DNA from: a virus
Taxonomy: Duplodnaviria > Caudoviricetes
DNA length: 52,753 nucleotides
IMG/VR virus record: IMGVR_UViG_3300033153_007861
Span: 1-52,753 of that record
Strand: one strand, 5' to 3'
Each line of letters begins with the position of its first letter. Position 1 is the first letter of the stretch. Both the position numbers and the translations under genes were made by a program. The notes under the pieces were generated by a model. The model was not told the DNA's origin, searched no databases, and was given only the letters and a program-made list of their open reading frames with translations. Below are positions 37,708 through 46,859 of the stretch, piece by piece.

Positions 37708-38154
37708 TTAAACTCCTTCATAATAAACCACACAATTCGGTTGTATATCATAAGTCTTTCCATCATATGTTACATTGATAAATTTTCCATAACAATTTCT
37801 CCAAACACGATTAACTTCTACAATTTTACCAATTGGTATTTTTTCATAACGACTATAGTGGACACCTGTTTCACAATAAGCCTCCTTTACAGTATACAAT
37901 AAAGTTCCTTGTGTTACATTGTATGTATCGTCGTTTAAAAACATTAAATTACTATCTTTTTTAACAGATGGTTTCTCAGGTGGTTTCTCAAAAAGAAACG
38001 CATACTCATCTTTTAGAATTGAAACCTTTTTGGATATAGGTTCAGGCACTGACTCTCCTGATTCTACCTTAGTACTTACATCTACTGCATCACCCGTATT
38101 TGTAGCAAGCACTAATATGAGAATTAGTAATACGATTGCAATTAGTACCTCCAT
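37708..38154 (-). CDS. Membrane-anchored hypothetical protein
   Basis: N-terminal hydrophobic helix; AAGGGGTTTAAAATG. Confidence 0.65.
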   Translation of the reverse strand: MEVLIAIVLLILILVLATNTGDAVDVSTKVESGESVPEPISKKVSILKDEYAFLFEKPPEKPSVKKDSNLMFLNDDTYNVTQGTLLYTVKEAYCETGVHYSRYEKIPIGKIVEVNRVWRNCYGKFINVTYDGKTYDIQPNCVVYYEGV

Positions 38155-38155
38155 T

Positions 38156-38701
38156 TTAAACCCCTTTGTGTAATTGTGTATATACTGACAATGCCATGCC
38201 TATTGCATCAGCCTCGTCTTCAGTACTCCACTCAATATTCATACTGTCAAGCTCTGCCTGTGTCATCAATTTATTCTTCTTGCCTTTCCATTCATTAACA
38301 CTAATCATATCTACATACAATCCTAATTTGGTGAATAATGTAAAATAAAACATACTCGCATAGTTAACACTTGTAAATGCCCATGCACTCCTGTGAGCCC
38401 TACAGTTCTTCTTATTAGCAAAACCCTCTATCAATACCACCACTGAATTTTCTTCGTGATAATCCAGTATTAGCTCCATTAAATTAGAGAACCTAATGTC
38501 ATCTTGTACTAATTCCCTAAACCTATTTAATACAGGTATTGTCTTCTTTTTCCGAATACTTTGCATTTTAAAAAAACCACTCTCAATTACATTACCTGTA
38601 GTTAAGTCAAATATACACCACCCATTTTTCCTAGTTGAACCATCAATAGTGAGCAGTATGTTTGCCTGCTTAGCCTTATCTATAACTTCCTGTCTAATCA
38701 A
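38156..38701 (-). CDS. RuvC-like Holliday junction resolvase
   Basis: LTIDGST..GWCI, VLIEG, WKG...K and DEADAIGM motifs. Confidence 0.8.
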   Translation of the reverse strand: MIRQEVIDKAKQANILLTIDGSTRKNGWCIFDLTTGNVIESGFFKMQSIRKKKTIPVLNRFRELVQDDIRFSNLMELILDYHEENSVVVLIEGFANKKNCRAHRSAWAFTSVNYASMFYFTLFTKLGLYVDMISVNEWKGKKNKLMTQAELDSMNIEWSTEDEADAIGMALSVYTQLHKGV

Positions 38702-38764
38702 CTATACCTCCTGTTTTTATCGCAAACTATCTATCGTTATTACTATACTCATTTTAAATCTCCT

Positions 38765-39160
38765 TTAAAGTTTCACTTGCTCCGCAGAATACCTTGCTCT
38801 TTCATCACTTAAAGATATATTAAATATTTTCATTATTGACTCTTCTATCTCCAATACTGTATCCTTATTATAAAGCGTGACAACATCGTATACACACAAA
38901 TCGTTATCCCTCATTTGATCAAGTAAACTTTCCTTGTTATCATAAAAGATAGTTTCGCCTGTGTAATTGTTTTTTATATAATAATAAGGTGCATCCAATA
39001 TCTCTATCTTATTATCACCCCAATAAGGACTATCTTCAACACATATTAACGAGTACCTTAATGATAAAAAGTGTGTTTCAGTAACATAGGAATCGTGATC
39101 AACAAATATATACTTATCTTCATGATGTACCCTTATCGCTATTTTCAACCTCTCAAACAT
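38765..39160 (-). CDS. Hypothetical protein
   Basis: AAGGAG SD. Confidence 0.65.
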   Translation of the reverse strand: MFERLKIAIRVHHEDKYIFVDHDSYVTETHFLSLRYSLICVEDSPYWGDNKIEILDAPYYYIKNNYTGETIFYDNKESLLDQMRDNDLCVYDVVTLYNKDTVLEIEESIMKIFNISLSDERARYSAEQVKL

Positions 39161-39176
39161 TATTATCTCCTTATAT

Positions 39177-39205
39177 AAAAATAGAGCAGGCTTTCACCTA
39201 CTCTT
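39177..39205 (-). terminator. Terminator after the SSB gene
   Basis: AGAGTAGG-TGAAAG-CCTGCTCT-ATTTTT. Confidence 0.7.
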
Positions 39206-39242
39206 ATTTGTTATTAATATATATCATCCTTTCAGTTTACTA

Positions 39243-39842
39243 TTAAAACGGTACATCACTACTATTGATTGGTGCTTGCACATTTTTAACTCTTTCATCT
39301 ACTGGTTCCAACTTCCTTGCTATTTCAATATCCTTAGCAGGCTTGTTTTTAATAAACTCACTGAATGTTTTATTATCAGAAACTCTATACGACCCCTTAA
39401 GATCATATTTAAACTTATCCTGACCTTGAGTATTAGTATAATCTACCCTTACCAATCCAATATGCACCTGATTATCCTCAGGTATATTTGTTAAACTAAG
39501 AGCTGTATTATACTGTAGTTGAACCATCGTGGTTTCTAAAACCAAATTTCCTTGACTGTCTAAAGGATGTCCAATATTGTTCATCAATGCCGTAAATATA
39601 CCTATTGCAAATTTGACAGCACCATTTTTACCTTTCGTGTACAATTTACTAAATGTCTTTTTACCACTACTGTTTACAAATGTTATACTTACAATATTTG
39701 TCCCGTTTTCATTCTCGCTAAACATAACCTCTTTAACTGTCACATTCTCATTTAACCCTGTTATAAAACCACTACCAATACTTGCATTTGCCGCTTCTTC
39801 TTTAGCAATTGACCCGCTTAACATACCTATATCGAAACTCAT
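39243..39842 (-). CDS. Putative single-stranded DNA-binding protein
   Basis: OB-like beta pattern, C-terminal SSDVPF tail, replication module context. Confidence 0.65.
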   Translation of the reverse strand: MSFDIGMLSGSIAKEEAANASIGSGFITGLNENVTVKEVMFSENENGTNIVSITFVNSSGKKTFSKLYTKGKNGAVKFAIGIFTALMNNIGHPLDSQGNLVLETTMVQLQYNTALSLTNIPEDNQVHIGLVRVDYTNTQGQDKFKYDLKGSYRVSDNKTFSEFIKNKPAKDIEIARKLEPVDERVKNVQAPINSSDVPF

Positions 39843-39852
39843 TTTTAACTCC

Positions 39853-40134
39853 TTATTTTACTTTTAATTTAGTGTCTATCCTTAATGGATACTTAAACAC
39901 TTGTGACATTTTATACTTCGCTACACTTAATTTCTTTTCCATCGATATATGAAATTGCTTGTGTCGACTAACCTCCCAATGTATCACTTCGTACATCTTT
40001 ATAAACCTATCGTATATCACGAACCTGATAAACTTCCTAGTGATAACCATATCTTCAATATTGCCCTCGTAACTTCTATGTATTGCATCCACCCATTTGT
40101 TTATTTTTAACCATTCCTCTAATCTATAAAGCAT
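39853..40134 (-). CDS. Hypothetical protein
   Basis: Coupled ORF. Confidence 0.55.
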   Translation of the reverse strand: MLYRLEEWLKINKWVDAIHRSYEGNIEDMVITRKFIRFVIYDRFIKMYEVIHWEVSRHKQFHISMEKKLSVAKYKMSQVFKYPLRIDTKLKVK

Positions 40135-40376
40135 TATTCCCTACTTACAGCTACATCAATGATTGGGGCATACAATTCGTCTAATGATAAACCATAAAAC
40201 TTAGCTATCTTAGTCCATATTGATATTTGACCCTGCCCTACATCGTGTTTCTCGTACCTCCTAAGAGTTTTAAGTTGAATACCTATCCCACTACTTGCTT
40301 CTTTTTGAGTCAGATCTTCAATATCCCTTAGAATCCTTAACTTATGCCCAATACTTTTGATCGTTTTAATCCTCAT
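40134..40376 (-). CDS. XRE-family HTH regulator
   Basis: KLRILR...LTQKEAS..IGI...TLRRYE...KIAKFYGLSLDEL. Confidence 0.88.
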   Translation of the reverse strand: MRIKTIKSIGHKLRILRDIEDLTQKEASSGIGIQLKTLRRYEKHDVGQGQISIWTKIAKFYGLSLDELYAPIIDVAVSRE

Positions 40377-40384
40377 TATACCTC

Positions 40385-41173
40385 CTAGAAAGAAATTGGT
40401 TTTTTGTTGTATTTGTGTCGCATGATATTATAATCACCACACTGTGCTAGATATTCATTGCCTCTTAAATCATATATGTACCCATTAGAAATATCTTTTC
40501 TACTTAAAATACCGAGGTCACTTATTGTATACTCTCCACCTTTCCATTTCATAGAATCTCTATTTACTTGCATTCCGTCTTTTCGCCATTCATTGTATGC
40601 TTTAACCTTGTTCAAGTCATTTAAAATATAGCACCCTCCTTGCTTATTAATATGCCCTATTTGCTCTCCTTTGTATTCGATAATCAACGAACCATCTATA
40701 ATATATAGGTACAATTTGTTGATATGCCCCATTGGATATTCATCACAAGCATTAACTCCTCTTGATTTGCAATTATCAATCATTTCCCGCATCTTCGGAG
40801 TTATGTCACTAGTATATAATTCGTAATTTTCATATATATCATAAGAGAGACCATCATGTGCAAACACTTGTTGTTCTTTAGAATCCCACACATGCAACAT
40901 CATCATAGATAAATCTTCATCATCCCAACACCAAACTAAACTCCTATCTTCCCAGTCTTGCTTTTTGTGAGAAACTTTCCATCTCATGAATTGCCAAACT
41001 CCACCAGTTTGTTTACAGTTAGGTTCAGGGTTGTATTTGATAATAAAGGGAGGATCCGCTCGTTCATCAAAAAAACAATTGTCACCCTCTTCACTTTCCA
41101 ATGTATTACCATCCATCATTAATAGAATCATTTCTTTTTTCGTCATTTCCCTAAATTCATTACCTTTCATCAC
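40385..41173 (-). CDS. Hypothetical two-domain protein (C-terminus paralogous to 29170..29685)
   Basis: Shared WRKDG...RHK.N..PI.F. Confidence 0.7.
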   Translation of the reverse strand: MMKGNEFREMTKKEMILLMMDGNTLESEEGDNCFFDERADPPFIIKYNPEPNCKQTGGVWQFMRWKVSHKKQDWEDRSLVWCWDDEDLSMMMLHVWDSKEQQVFAHDGLSYDIYENYELYTSDITPKMREMIDNCKSRGVNACDEYPMGHINKLYLYIIDGSLIIEYKGEQIGHINKQGGCYILNDLNKVKAYNEWRKDGMQVNRDSMKWKGGEYTISDLGILSRKDISNGYIYDLRGNEYLAQCGDYNIMRHKYNKKPISF

Positions 41174-41206
41174 CTTGCTCCTTTTTTAACATTTAAAAGA
41201 TACCTT

Positions 41207-41235
41207 AATATACTACATTGCCATTTACTTGTCAA
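41207..41235 (-). promoter_or_regulatory. Sigma70-type promoter
   Basis: TTGACA-17 bp-TATATT. Confidence 0.75.
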
Positions 41236-41240
41236 GTAAA

Positions 41241-41624
41241 TTATAATTTATTTTTATCACACCTCATATTCATAACAGCCAACTCCAAATGCTCGAGACT
41301 TATACTATAAGGAACATCAGTTTTATAATAATGCTCTAATTCAATACTCAACTTATCGCTAATAAAAAAACCTTCTTTACTTTTAATCCACTTGGTAAAT
41401 TTAAGTGCAAAATCTTTACTATCCTTTTTGTCACCAAAACTCACCTTAACTTTTGCTCCGATAGTGATTAGCCACCCTGTTATATACCCACACAGTACCT
41501 CGTATGGTTCCGTGTATTGAAAATCACCCTCTACTGACAATCTTGCAGGATAAGTGTGCAATACACTCCTCTTCTCGTCAAATATAAGCATATGTGTTTT
41601 AAGATAATCCTGAAACTCTAGCAT
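41241..41624 (-). CDS. Hypothetical protein
   Basis: GGAGG SD; follows the primase-helicase. Confidence 0.6.
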   Translation of the reverse strand: MLEFQDYLKTHMLIFDEKRSVLHTYPARLSVEGDFQYTEPYEVLCGYITGWLITIGAKVKVSFGDKKDSKDFALKFTKWIKSKEGFFISDKLSIELEHYYKTDVPYSISLEHLELAVMNMRCDKNKL

Positions 41625-41625
41625 A

Positions 41626-43422
41626 CTACAATTTCCTCCAGGAGTAATCGTTAATTACATATTTCTCATTAAAATTAATCTCCTTGAACCTTCTTGTTGC
41701 CTTATCAAATATCATTTTTACCTCCCCTAGGTCGCCTGCTTCTCTATTTTTCACTATTTCTAAATTCATGTCATGATCACCACCCTTTTTCATCCTGTGA
41801 ACAATCAATACATTATCTGCCAAATTGGTTATATTTCCTGATCCAGCTATTGATTTCTTGGACACTATTTCAGATTTATTTGGATGTGCTACAAGTATAA
41901 TGTGTACCGGGTACTTCTTTACGAAATTAACCATATCAACTATAGCTTCTGTCTCTTGTTTTAACTCGTTAGCTCCGTAATTACTCTTGCCTAATGTTAA
42001 AAAATTATCTATTACAAAGAACTTTACGCCTAATCTACGATACAGATAACTAAATGATTTCAATACAGCCTTGGTCTCCACAGATGATTTAGTACTATCG
42101 TACAAATAAGCATTATCATCGAACCATTTATCGATTTTCTTTACCGCATAATCTTTTGGTATATACTTTATTTTTCCGTATTTATTTCGATACTCAACAA
42201 GATCACTTTGGTTGCAAGCTTGGCTTAGTATCCATGACTTATACTGATTATGTGATAATTCTGCGGAAAACACCCCTGCCTTATATCCACCCTCTACAAT
42301 ATTTAATAGTATTTGACCTAGAAAAGTTGATTTACCCGACCCATTCTCACCTGTTAAGATAGTTAATTCGTTCAATCTAAACCCTTCCAATATGTGCGAT
42401 AACGAATGAAAACCAGTTGGTATTGATTCCAGTTCTCTGTTTACTTTAATACTAGATAAAGATATAGCACTTTCATTACCAACTAATCTATAGGTTTTAA
42501 TGCACTTCAGTACATTGTCAATACCTTCCGCTACCAACAACTCATTAACATCATTATGCTGCTTAGGCACAGTAGATATAGCCATTTTTTCACTACCATA
42601 GCGGATGATAGTGTTTGCAATAAACTCCTCACCAGCTTTGTCATTGTCTGCTATCAATATAATTAATGGTATTTCTTCCAACCAATCAAAACAATTCTCA
42701 ATCCAACTCAAATCACTTGTGCCAGATGGTATTGACACAACATTAGTATATCCACTTTCATATATACTTAAAGCATCTATCTCGCCTTCACAAATGACCA
42801 GTGTCTGATGTTTATCTATATTGTTCATGCCCCACAATATAGGTTTTGAACCTGACACTCTCCAGCTCTTTTTACCATCACCTTTCTTGTAACCAATAGC
42901 TCTGTATTTACCAAAAACCTCTTCTCCATTGTCATCATAATATGGAAAATAAACAGATGGTATGATACCATCCCTGTAGTAATTCACCTCTCCAATATCA
43001 AAGGCATTTAATGTCTCAGTACTAATACCTCTATCTTTAAATTCCCGTACTGCTTGGTCTCCAAGTTCTTTATGTTTGACATTAGGCTTAGTATACTCTT
43101 TAGGCTTAATATACACCCCGTTGTCTTTCACATTATCCGTAATACTTAACCCCATTTCCTCTTTGACTTTATTAAACGCCTCTTTAAATTCAATATTATA
43201 CTTGTCTTCATAAGCTGAAAATATATCCAACTTTTCACCACATGAAAAACATTTCCAGAAATTACCATCTTTATACCACTTGAAACTTGGTGTTTTATCT
43301 TCATGAAACGGACAAGAAGCATCATTCCCTTTATATGCGAAGCTATACAAACTAGCTATTACATCCTTAGCTCTGTCTCCGTATCGCCCTCTTAAATCAT
43401 CAGTTGTTATTTGCATTACCAC
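41626..43422 (-). CDS. Bifunctional DNA primase-helicase (CHC2 Zn finger, TOPRIM, SF4 helicase)
   Basis: CPFHEDKTPSF...CFSCG; CEGEIDALS and DNDKAG; GENGSGKS, FVIDN, LVAHP, IAGSG and KNR motifs. Confidence 0.95.
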   Translation of the reverse strand: MVMQITTDDLRGRYGDRAKDVIASLYSFAYKGNDASCPFHEDKTPSFKWYKDGNFWKCFSCGEKLDIFSAYEDKYNIEFKEAFNKVKEEMGLSITDNVKDNGVYIKPKEYTKPNVKHKELGDQAVREFKDRGISTETLNAFDIGEVNYYRDGIIPSVYFPYYDDNGEEVFGKYRAIGYKKGDGKKSWRVSGSKPILWGMNNIDKHQTLVICEGEIDALSIYESGYTNVVSIPSGTSDLSWIENCFDWLEEIPLIILIADNDKAGEEFIANTIIRYGSEKMAISTVPKQHNDVNELLVAEGIDNVLKCIKTYRLVGNESAISLSSIKVNRELESIPTGFHSLSHILEGFRLNELTILTGENGSGKSTFLGQILLNIVEGGYKAGVFSAELSHNQYKSWILSQACNQSDLVEYRNKYGKIKYIPKDYAVKKIDKWFDDNAYLYDSTKSSVETKAVLKSFSYLYRRLGVKFFVIDNFLTLGKSNYGANELKQETEAIVDMVNFVKKYPVHIILVAHPNKSEIVSKKSIAGSGNITNLADNVLIVHRMKKGGDHDMNLEIVKNREAGDLGEVKMIFDKATRRFKEINFNEKYVINDYSWRKL

Positions 43423-43456
43423 CTCACTTCATACTTGTAATTTACTCCAACTACAT

Positions 43457-44005
43457 CTATGCCTCCATATCTAACTTTGGCTCTTCATAAACCTCTTTTT
43501 CAATATCAGGTTTCGCATTATTATTCACCTTTGGTGTATTCTCTACTGTCTCATCTAAAAACTTCTCCATACCATTTGCCTGTTTAATAAATGCAGTCAG
43601 TTCAAATTTATGTGTATAAAAACATTCGTCATCAATTAATATACCATGATAATTATCCATGGATTCCTTGGCTTGCTCAACAGTATATGTTTTCAATAGC
43701 GTATTAATAGCACTCTTAAGCTTAGGAGATATAACCTTTTTTATCTTAATCCTCTTGCTATTCCAATATTCCACTAAATCTTTAACGACATCCATACTAA
43801 CTGACGGTTTCTTTTTGGGTATCTCCAATACAGCATAATGAGTTATATTCTTAATCAATGCCCATTTAGTCCTGCCAACAACACCATAGGATATATTCCT
43901 AATAATACGAGCTATTTTCCACTCTTTATCCTTGGTAACAACAAGTACTTCTTTTCCTGAATTAATAATCTTATCTTCCTTACCTAGCTTAATCAACTCC
44001 ATCAC
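43457..44005 (-). CDS. Hypothetical protein: DUF551-like N-terminus plus replication-initiator C-terminal-like domain
   Basis: EVLV...ITHYAVLEIP; VEYWNSK...SMDNYHGILIDDECFYTHKFELTAFI. Confidence 0.5.
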   Translation of the reverse strand: MMELIKLGKEDKIINSGKEVLVVTKDKEWKIARIIRNISYGVVGRTKWALIKNITHYAVLEIPKKKPSVSMDVVKDLVEYWNSKRIKIKKVISPKLKSAINTLLKTYTVEQAKESMDNYHGILIDDECFYTHKFELTAFIKQANGMEKFLDETVENTPKVNNNAKPDIEKEVYEEPKLDMEA

Positions 44006-44372
44006 ATTCCTCCAAAGAATAGTTTTTTAAACAATCATTTAAGTAATTCGCCAACTTCTCAACATCATCTTTGTCCCATACAACAAAAACATCTTTATCG
44101 TCATATAAGCCATCTCTACAAAGGCAGTTCAAGTCAGCTTTGAACTCTTGAAAACTGTCTCTTTTTTTCATAGTACCCCATGACCAAGCGTCATAATCCA
44201 TATCAAACTCAGTCAATAAGTCTTGCTCATGCCAATCATAATCCATATCACTCTTATTGCTTTTTTTACAATACAAACCCTTCATTACCTCAGATCCACT
44301 ATAAATATCTACTCTACTGTAAATAATATTTCTCGGTAAATTCAAAAAATCCTTTCTTTTGTATAATCTCAC
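43989..44372 (-). CDS. Hypothetical protein (start moved to GTG 44372)
   Basis: GGAGGAGTT-GTG. Confidence 0.7.
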   Translation of the reverse strand: MRLYKRKDFLNLPRNIIYSRVDIYSGSEVMKGLYCKKSNKSDMDYDWHEQDLLTEFDMDYDAWSWGTMKKRDSFQEFKADLNCLCRDGLYDDKDVFVVWDKDDVEKLANYLNDCLKNYSLEECDGVD

Positions 44373-44388
44373 AACTCCTCCTATATAC

Positions 44389-45196
44389 TTAATATTCACT
44401 TATTTTTTGATATCCACCTATTTCTTGTGATCCACTTATTTTTTGATATCCACCTATTTTTTGATATCCACCTATTTCTTGCCATTCACTTATTTTTTGA
44501 TATCCACCTATTTTTTGATATCCACCTATTTCTTGATATCCACCTATTTCTTGATATCCACCTATTTTTTGATATCCACTTATTTCTTGATATCCACCTA
44601 TTTTTTGATATCCACCTATTTCTTGATATCCACTTATTTCTTGATATTCACTTATTTCTTGATATTCACCTATTTCTTGCCATTCACCTATTTCTTGTGA
44701 CCCACTTATTTCTTGATATTCACTTATTTTTTGATATCCACCTATTTCTTGTGATCCAATAACTATTTGATATTCACCTACTATTTGATATCCACCTATT
44801 TCTTGTGATCCACCTACTATTTGGTATTCACATACTTCTTGCCATCCACCTATTTCTTGTGATCCAATAACTATTTGATATCCACCTACTATTTGATATC
44901 CACCTATTTCTTGTGATCCACCTACTATTTGGTATTCACCTATTTCTTGCCATCCACCTATTTCTTGATATTCACTTATTTTTTGATATTCACCTATTTC
45001 TTGCCATCCACCTATTTCTTGATATCCACCTACTATTTGGTATTCACCTATTTTTTGATATCCACCTATTTCTTGTGATCCACTTATTTCTTGATATCCA
45101 CCTATTTCTTGTGATCCAATAACATAATCAAAATATTTAGTAGTATATGATCCTGAAACATAATCCTTTATATTTTTCATCTATAACTACTTTCAT
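44389..45196 (-). pseudogene. Frameshifted, C-terminally truncated copy of the hexapeptide-repeat gene (~40 repeats)
   Basis: Same RBS and start as 46146, but a 14-nt deletion gives MKVVIDEKYKGLCFRIIYY*; lacks the C-terminal domain. Confidence 0.7.
44392..45120. repeat. 18-bp tandem repeat array 1
   Basis: Consensus GGTGGATATCAAGAAATA on the minus strand. Confidence 0.95.
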
Positions 45197-45204
45197 AACT
45201 CCTC

Positions 45205-46146
45205 CTATATACTTAATATCCATTTTTTATTATCATTCCAAAATTTTAAACCTTTTTTACCATCCATGTCTATTATTTCTTTATCTGTAAATAATTTCCA
45301 TTCTTTTTTTGTATATAATTTACATCCTATTTTTATATGATTATCTAATATGTAAATTACATAAATATTACCAGTTATTCTTTTTATACTTTTTGTACTG
45401 CATTTCATTATACTAATTATTTCACTTACTATTTGTGACCCACCTACTATTTGATATTCACCTATTTCTTGCCATTCACCTATTTCTTGTGACCCACTTA
45501 TTTCTTGATATTCACTTATTTTTTGATATCCACTTACTATTTGATATTCACCTACTATTTGGTATTCACCTATTTTTTGTGATCCAATAATTTCTTGATA
45601 TCCACTTATTTTTTGTGATCCAATAATTTTTTGATATCCACCTATTTCTTGTGATCCAATAACTATTTGATATTCACTTACTATTTGTGACCCACCTATT
45701 TCTTGTGATTCACCTATTTCTTGATATCCACCTATTTCTTGCCATCCACCTATTTCTTGATATTCATTTATTTTTTGATATTCACCTATTTCTTGTGATC
45801 CACTTATTTCTTGATATCCACCTATTTCTTGTGATCCAATAACTATTTGATATTCACTTACTATTTGTGACCCACCTATTTCTTGTGATTCACCTATTTC
45901 TTGATATCCACCTATTTCTTGTGATTCACCTATTTCTTGTGATCCACTTATTTTTTGATATCCACCTATTTCTTGTGATCCACTTATTTTTTGATATCCA
46001 CCTATTTCTTGTGATCCACTTATTTCTTGATATCCACCTATTTCTTGTGATCCAATAACATAATCAAAATATTTAGTAGTATATGATCCTGAAACATATT
46101 CTACTTTTTCTAATCCTTTATATTTTTCATCTATAACTACTTTCAT
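45205..46146 (-). CDS. Hexapeptide-repeat (beta-helix-like) protein with C-terminal IGC domain (DUF5758-like)
   Basis: ~35 copies of [YSW]Q[EKI][IV][GSI][GE]; C-terminus HIKIGCKLYTKKEW..F...EI..MDG...LKFW. Confidence 0.8.
   Translation of the reverse strand: MKVVIDEKYKGLEKVEYVSGSYTTKYFDYVIGSQEIGGYQEISGSQEIGGYQKISGSQEIGGYQKISGSQEIGESQEIGGYQEIGESQEIGGSQIVSEYQIVIGSQEIGGYQEISGSQEIGEYQKINEYQEIGGWQEIGGYQEIGESQEIGGSQIVSEYQIVIGSQEIGGYQKIIGSQKISGYQEIIGSQKIGEYQIVGEYQIVSGYQKISEYQEISGSQEIGEWQEIGEYQIVGGSQIVSEIISIMKCSTKSIKRITGNIYVIYILDNHIKIGCKLYTKKEWKLFTDKEIIDMDGKKGLKFWNDNKKWILSI
45421..46056. repeat. 18-bp tandem repeat array 2
   Basis: Same unit alphabet as array 1. Confidence 0.95.
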
Positions 46147-46154
46147 AACTCCTC

Positions 46155-46289
46155 CTATATACTTAACAAAACACTGTTCACGCCTGTTGAATATCCTAAT
46201 TGGTATCGTAGCCTACCTATGTAAAACATCAAGCAGAACGCTAATATAATCAATAATACGATGTATCTTTTTGCATTATACTCTCTCAT
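46155..46289 (-). CDS. Small membrane protein, 44 aa (not in track)
   Basis: ATGA overlap with the stop at 46286; MREYNAKRYIVLLIILAFCLMFYIG...LLSI*. Confidence 0.6.
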   Translation of the reverse strand: MREYNAKRYIVLLIILAFCLMFYIGRLRYQLGYSTGVNSVLLSI

Positions 46290-46486
46290 TTGATTTCCTT
46301 TAATTTAAGCCAAGCAACTATATCTTTAAGATATAGATAATTACCGCCTCTAATCGATGTTGTTTGTGTTCTAAAGGCTAGTATATGCTGCACAGTTGAT
46401 AATGGTACACCGAAATACTCCGCTACATGTCTTTGTTTTAACCCTGCCTTAGCTAGCATTACATCAAACTCTCTTCTTATTTTCAT
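46286..46486 (-). CDS. Cro/XRE-like HTH protein
   Basis: LAKAGLKQRHVAEYFGVPLSTVQHIL. Confidence 0.75.
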   Translation of the reverse strand: MKIRREFDVMLAKAGLKQRHVAEYFGVPLSTVQHILAFRTQTTSIRGGNYLYLKDIVAWLKLKEIK

Positions 46487-46674
46487 TATTCTTCTCCTTT
46501 CCTATATATCTCATTTAATTCAAGCAATATTAACCCAGTCTGTCTTAATTCAGTTATCAATATCGCATATTCAGTGACATTCATATCGATATTTGCAACC
46601 TTATCTTGCCTATACTTATTTTCATTTTCCAAACGATCAATCACCTTTTTTAGTAATTCTTTAGTTTTCATCAT
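46486..46674 (-). CDS. Hypothetical protein
   Basis: AAGGAG SD. Confidence 0.6.
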   Translation of the reverse strand: MMKTKELLKKVIDRLENENKYRQDKVANIDMNVTEYAILITELRQTGLILLELNEIYRKGEE

Positions 46675-46755
46675 AATACTCCTTGCTTTAATTTTACTTT
46701 TACTTTAAGATTACACTTTTAAAAGAACTTTAGTTTTTTACTACAACCCTTGGTA

Positions 46756-46781
46756 TAAAAAGTGGGCTTTTACACCCACTG
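46756..46781 (-). terminator. Leader terminator
   Basis: AGTGGG-TGTAAAAG-CCCACT-TTTT; same loop as the terminator at 30770. Confidence 0.7.
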
Positions 46782-46822
46782 ACTTCAAGGAGATGAAGAA
46801 TGAAAACTTTAATTTCTTATTT

Positions 46823-46851
46823 AATATAATACATTGATTACTATTTGTCAA
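46823..46851 (-). promoter_or_regulatory. Promoter of the replication arm
   Basis: TTGACA-17 bp-TATATT. Confidence 0.75.
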
Positions 46852-46859
46852 GGATAAAA

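Noticed and set aside
43414-43480. Alternative-frame peptide KVRYGGIDVVGVNYKYEVRW* coupled to the primase start
   Set aside because: Could be another remnant, but it is short enough to arise by chance.
44427-46058. Plus-strand ORFs with IHLFFD / ISTYFL repeats
   Set aside because: Antisense shadows of the 18-bp arrays, with no RBS and against the operon direction.
44389-46146. CRISPR array or DGR template/variable repeat pair
   Set aside because: Units are contiguous 18-mers with no unique spacers. Variation is a small recurring set, not random adenine-specific change, and no reverse transcriptase is encoded.
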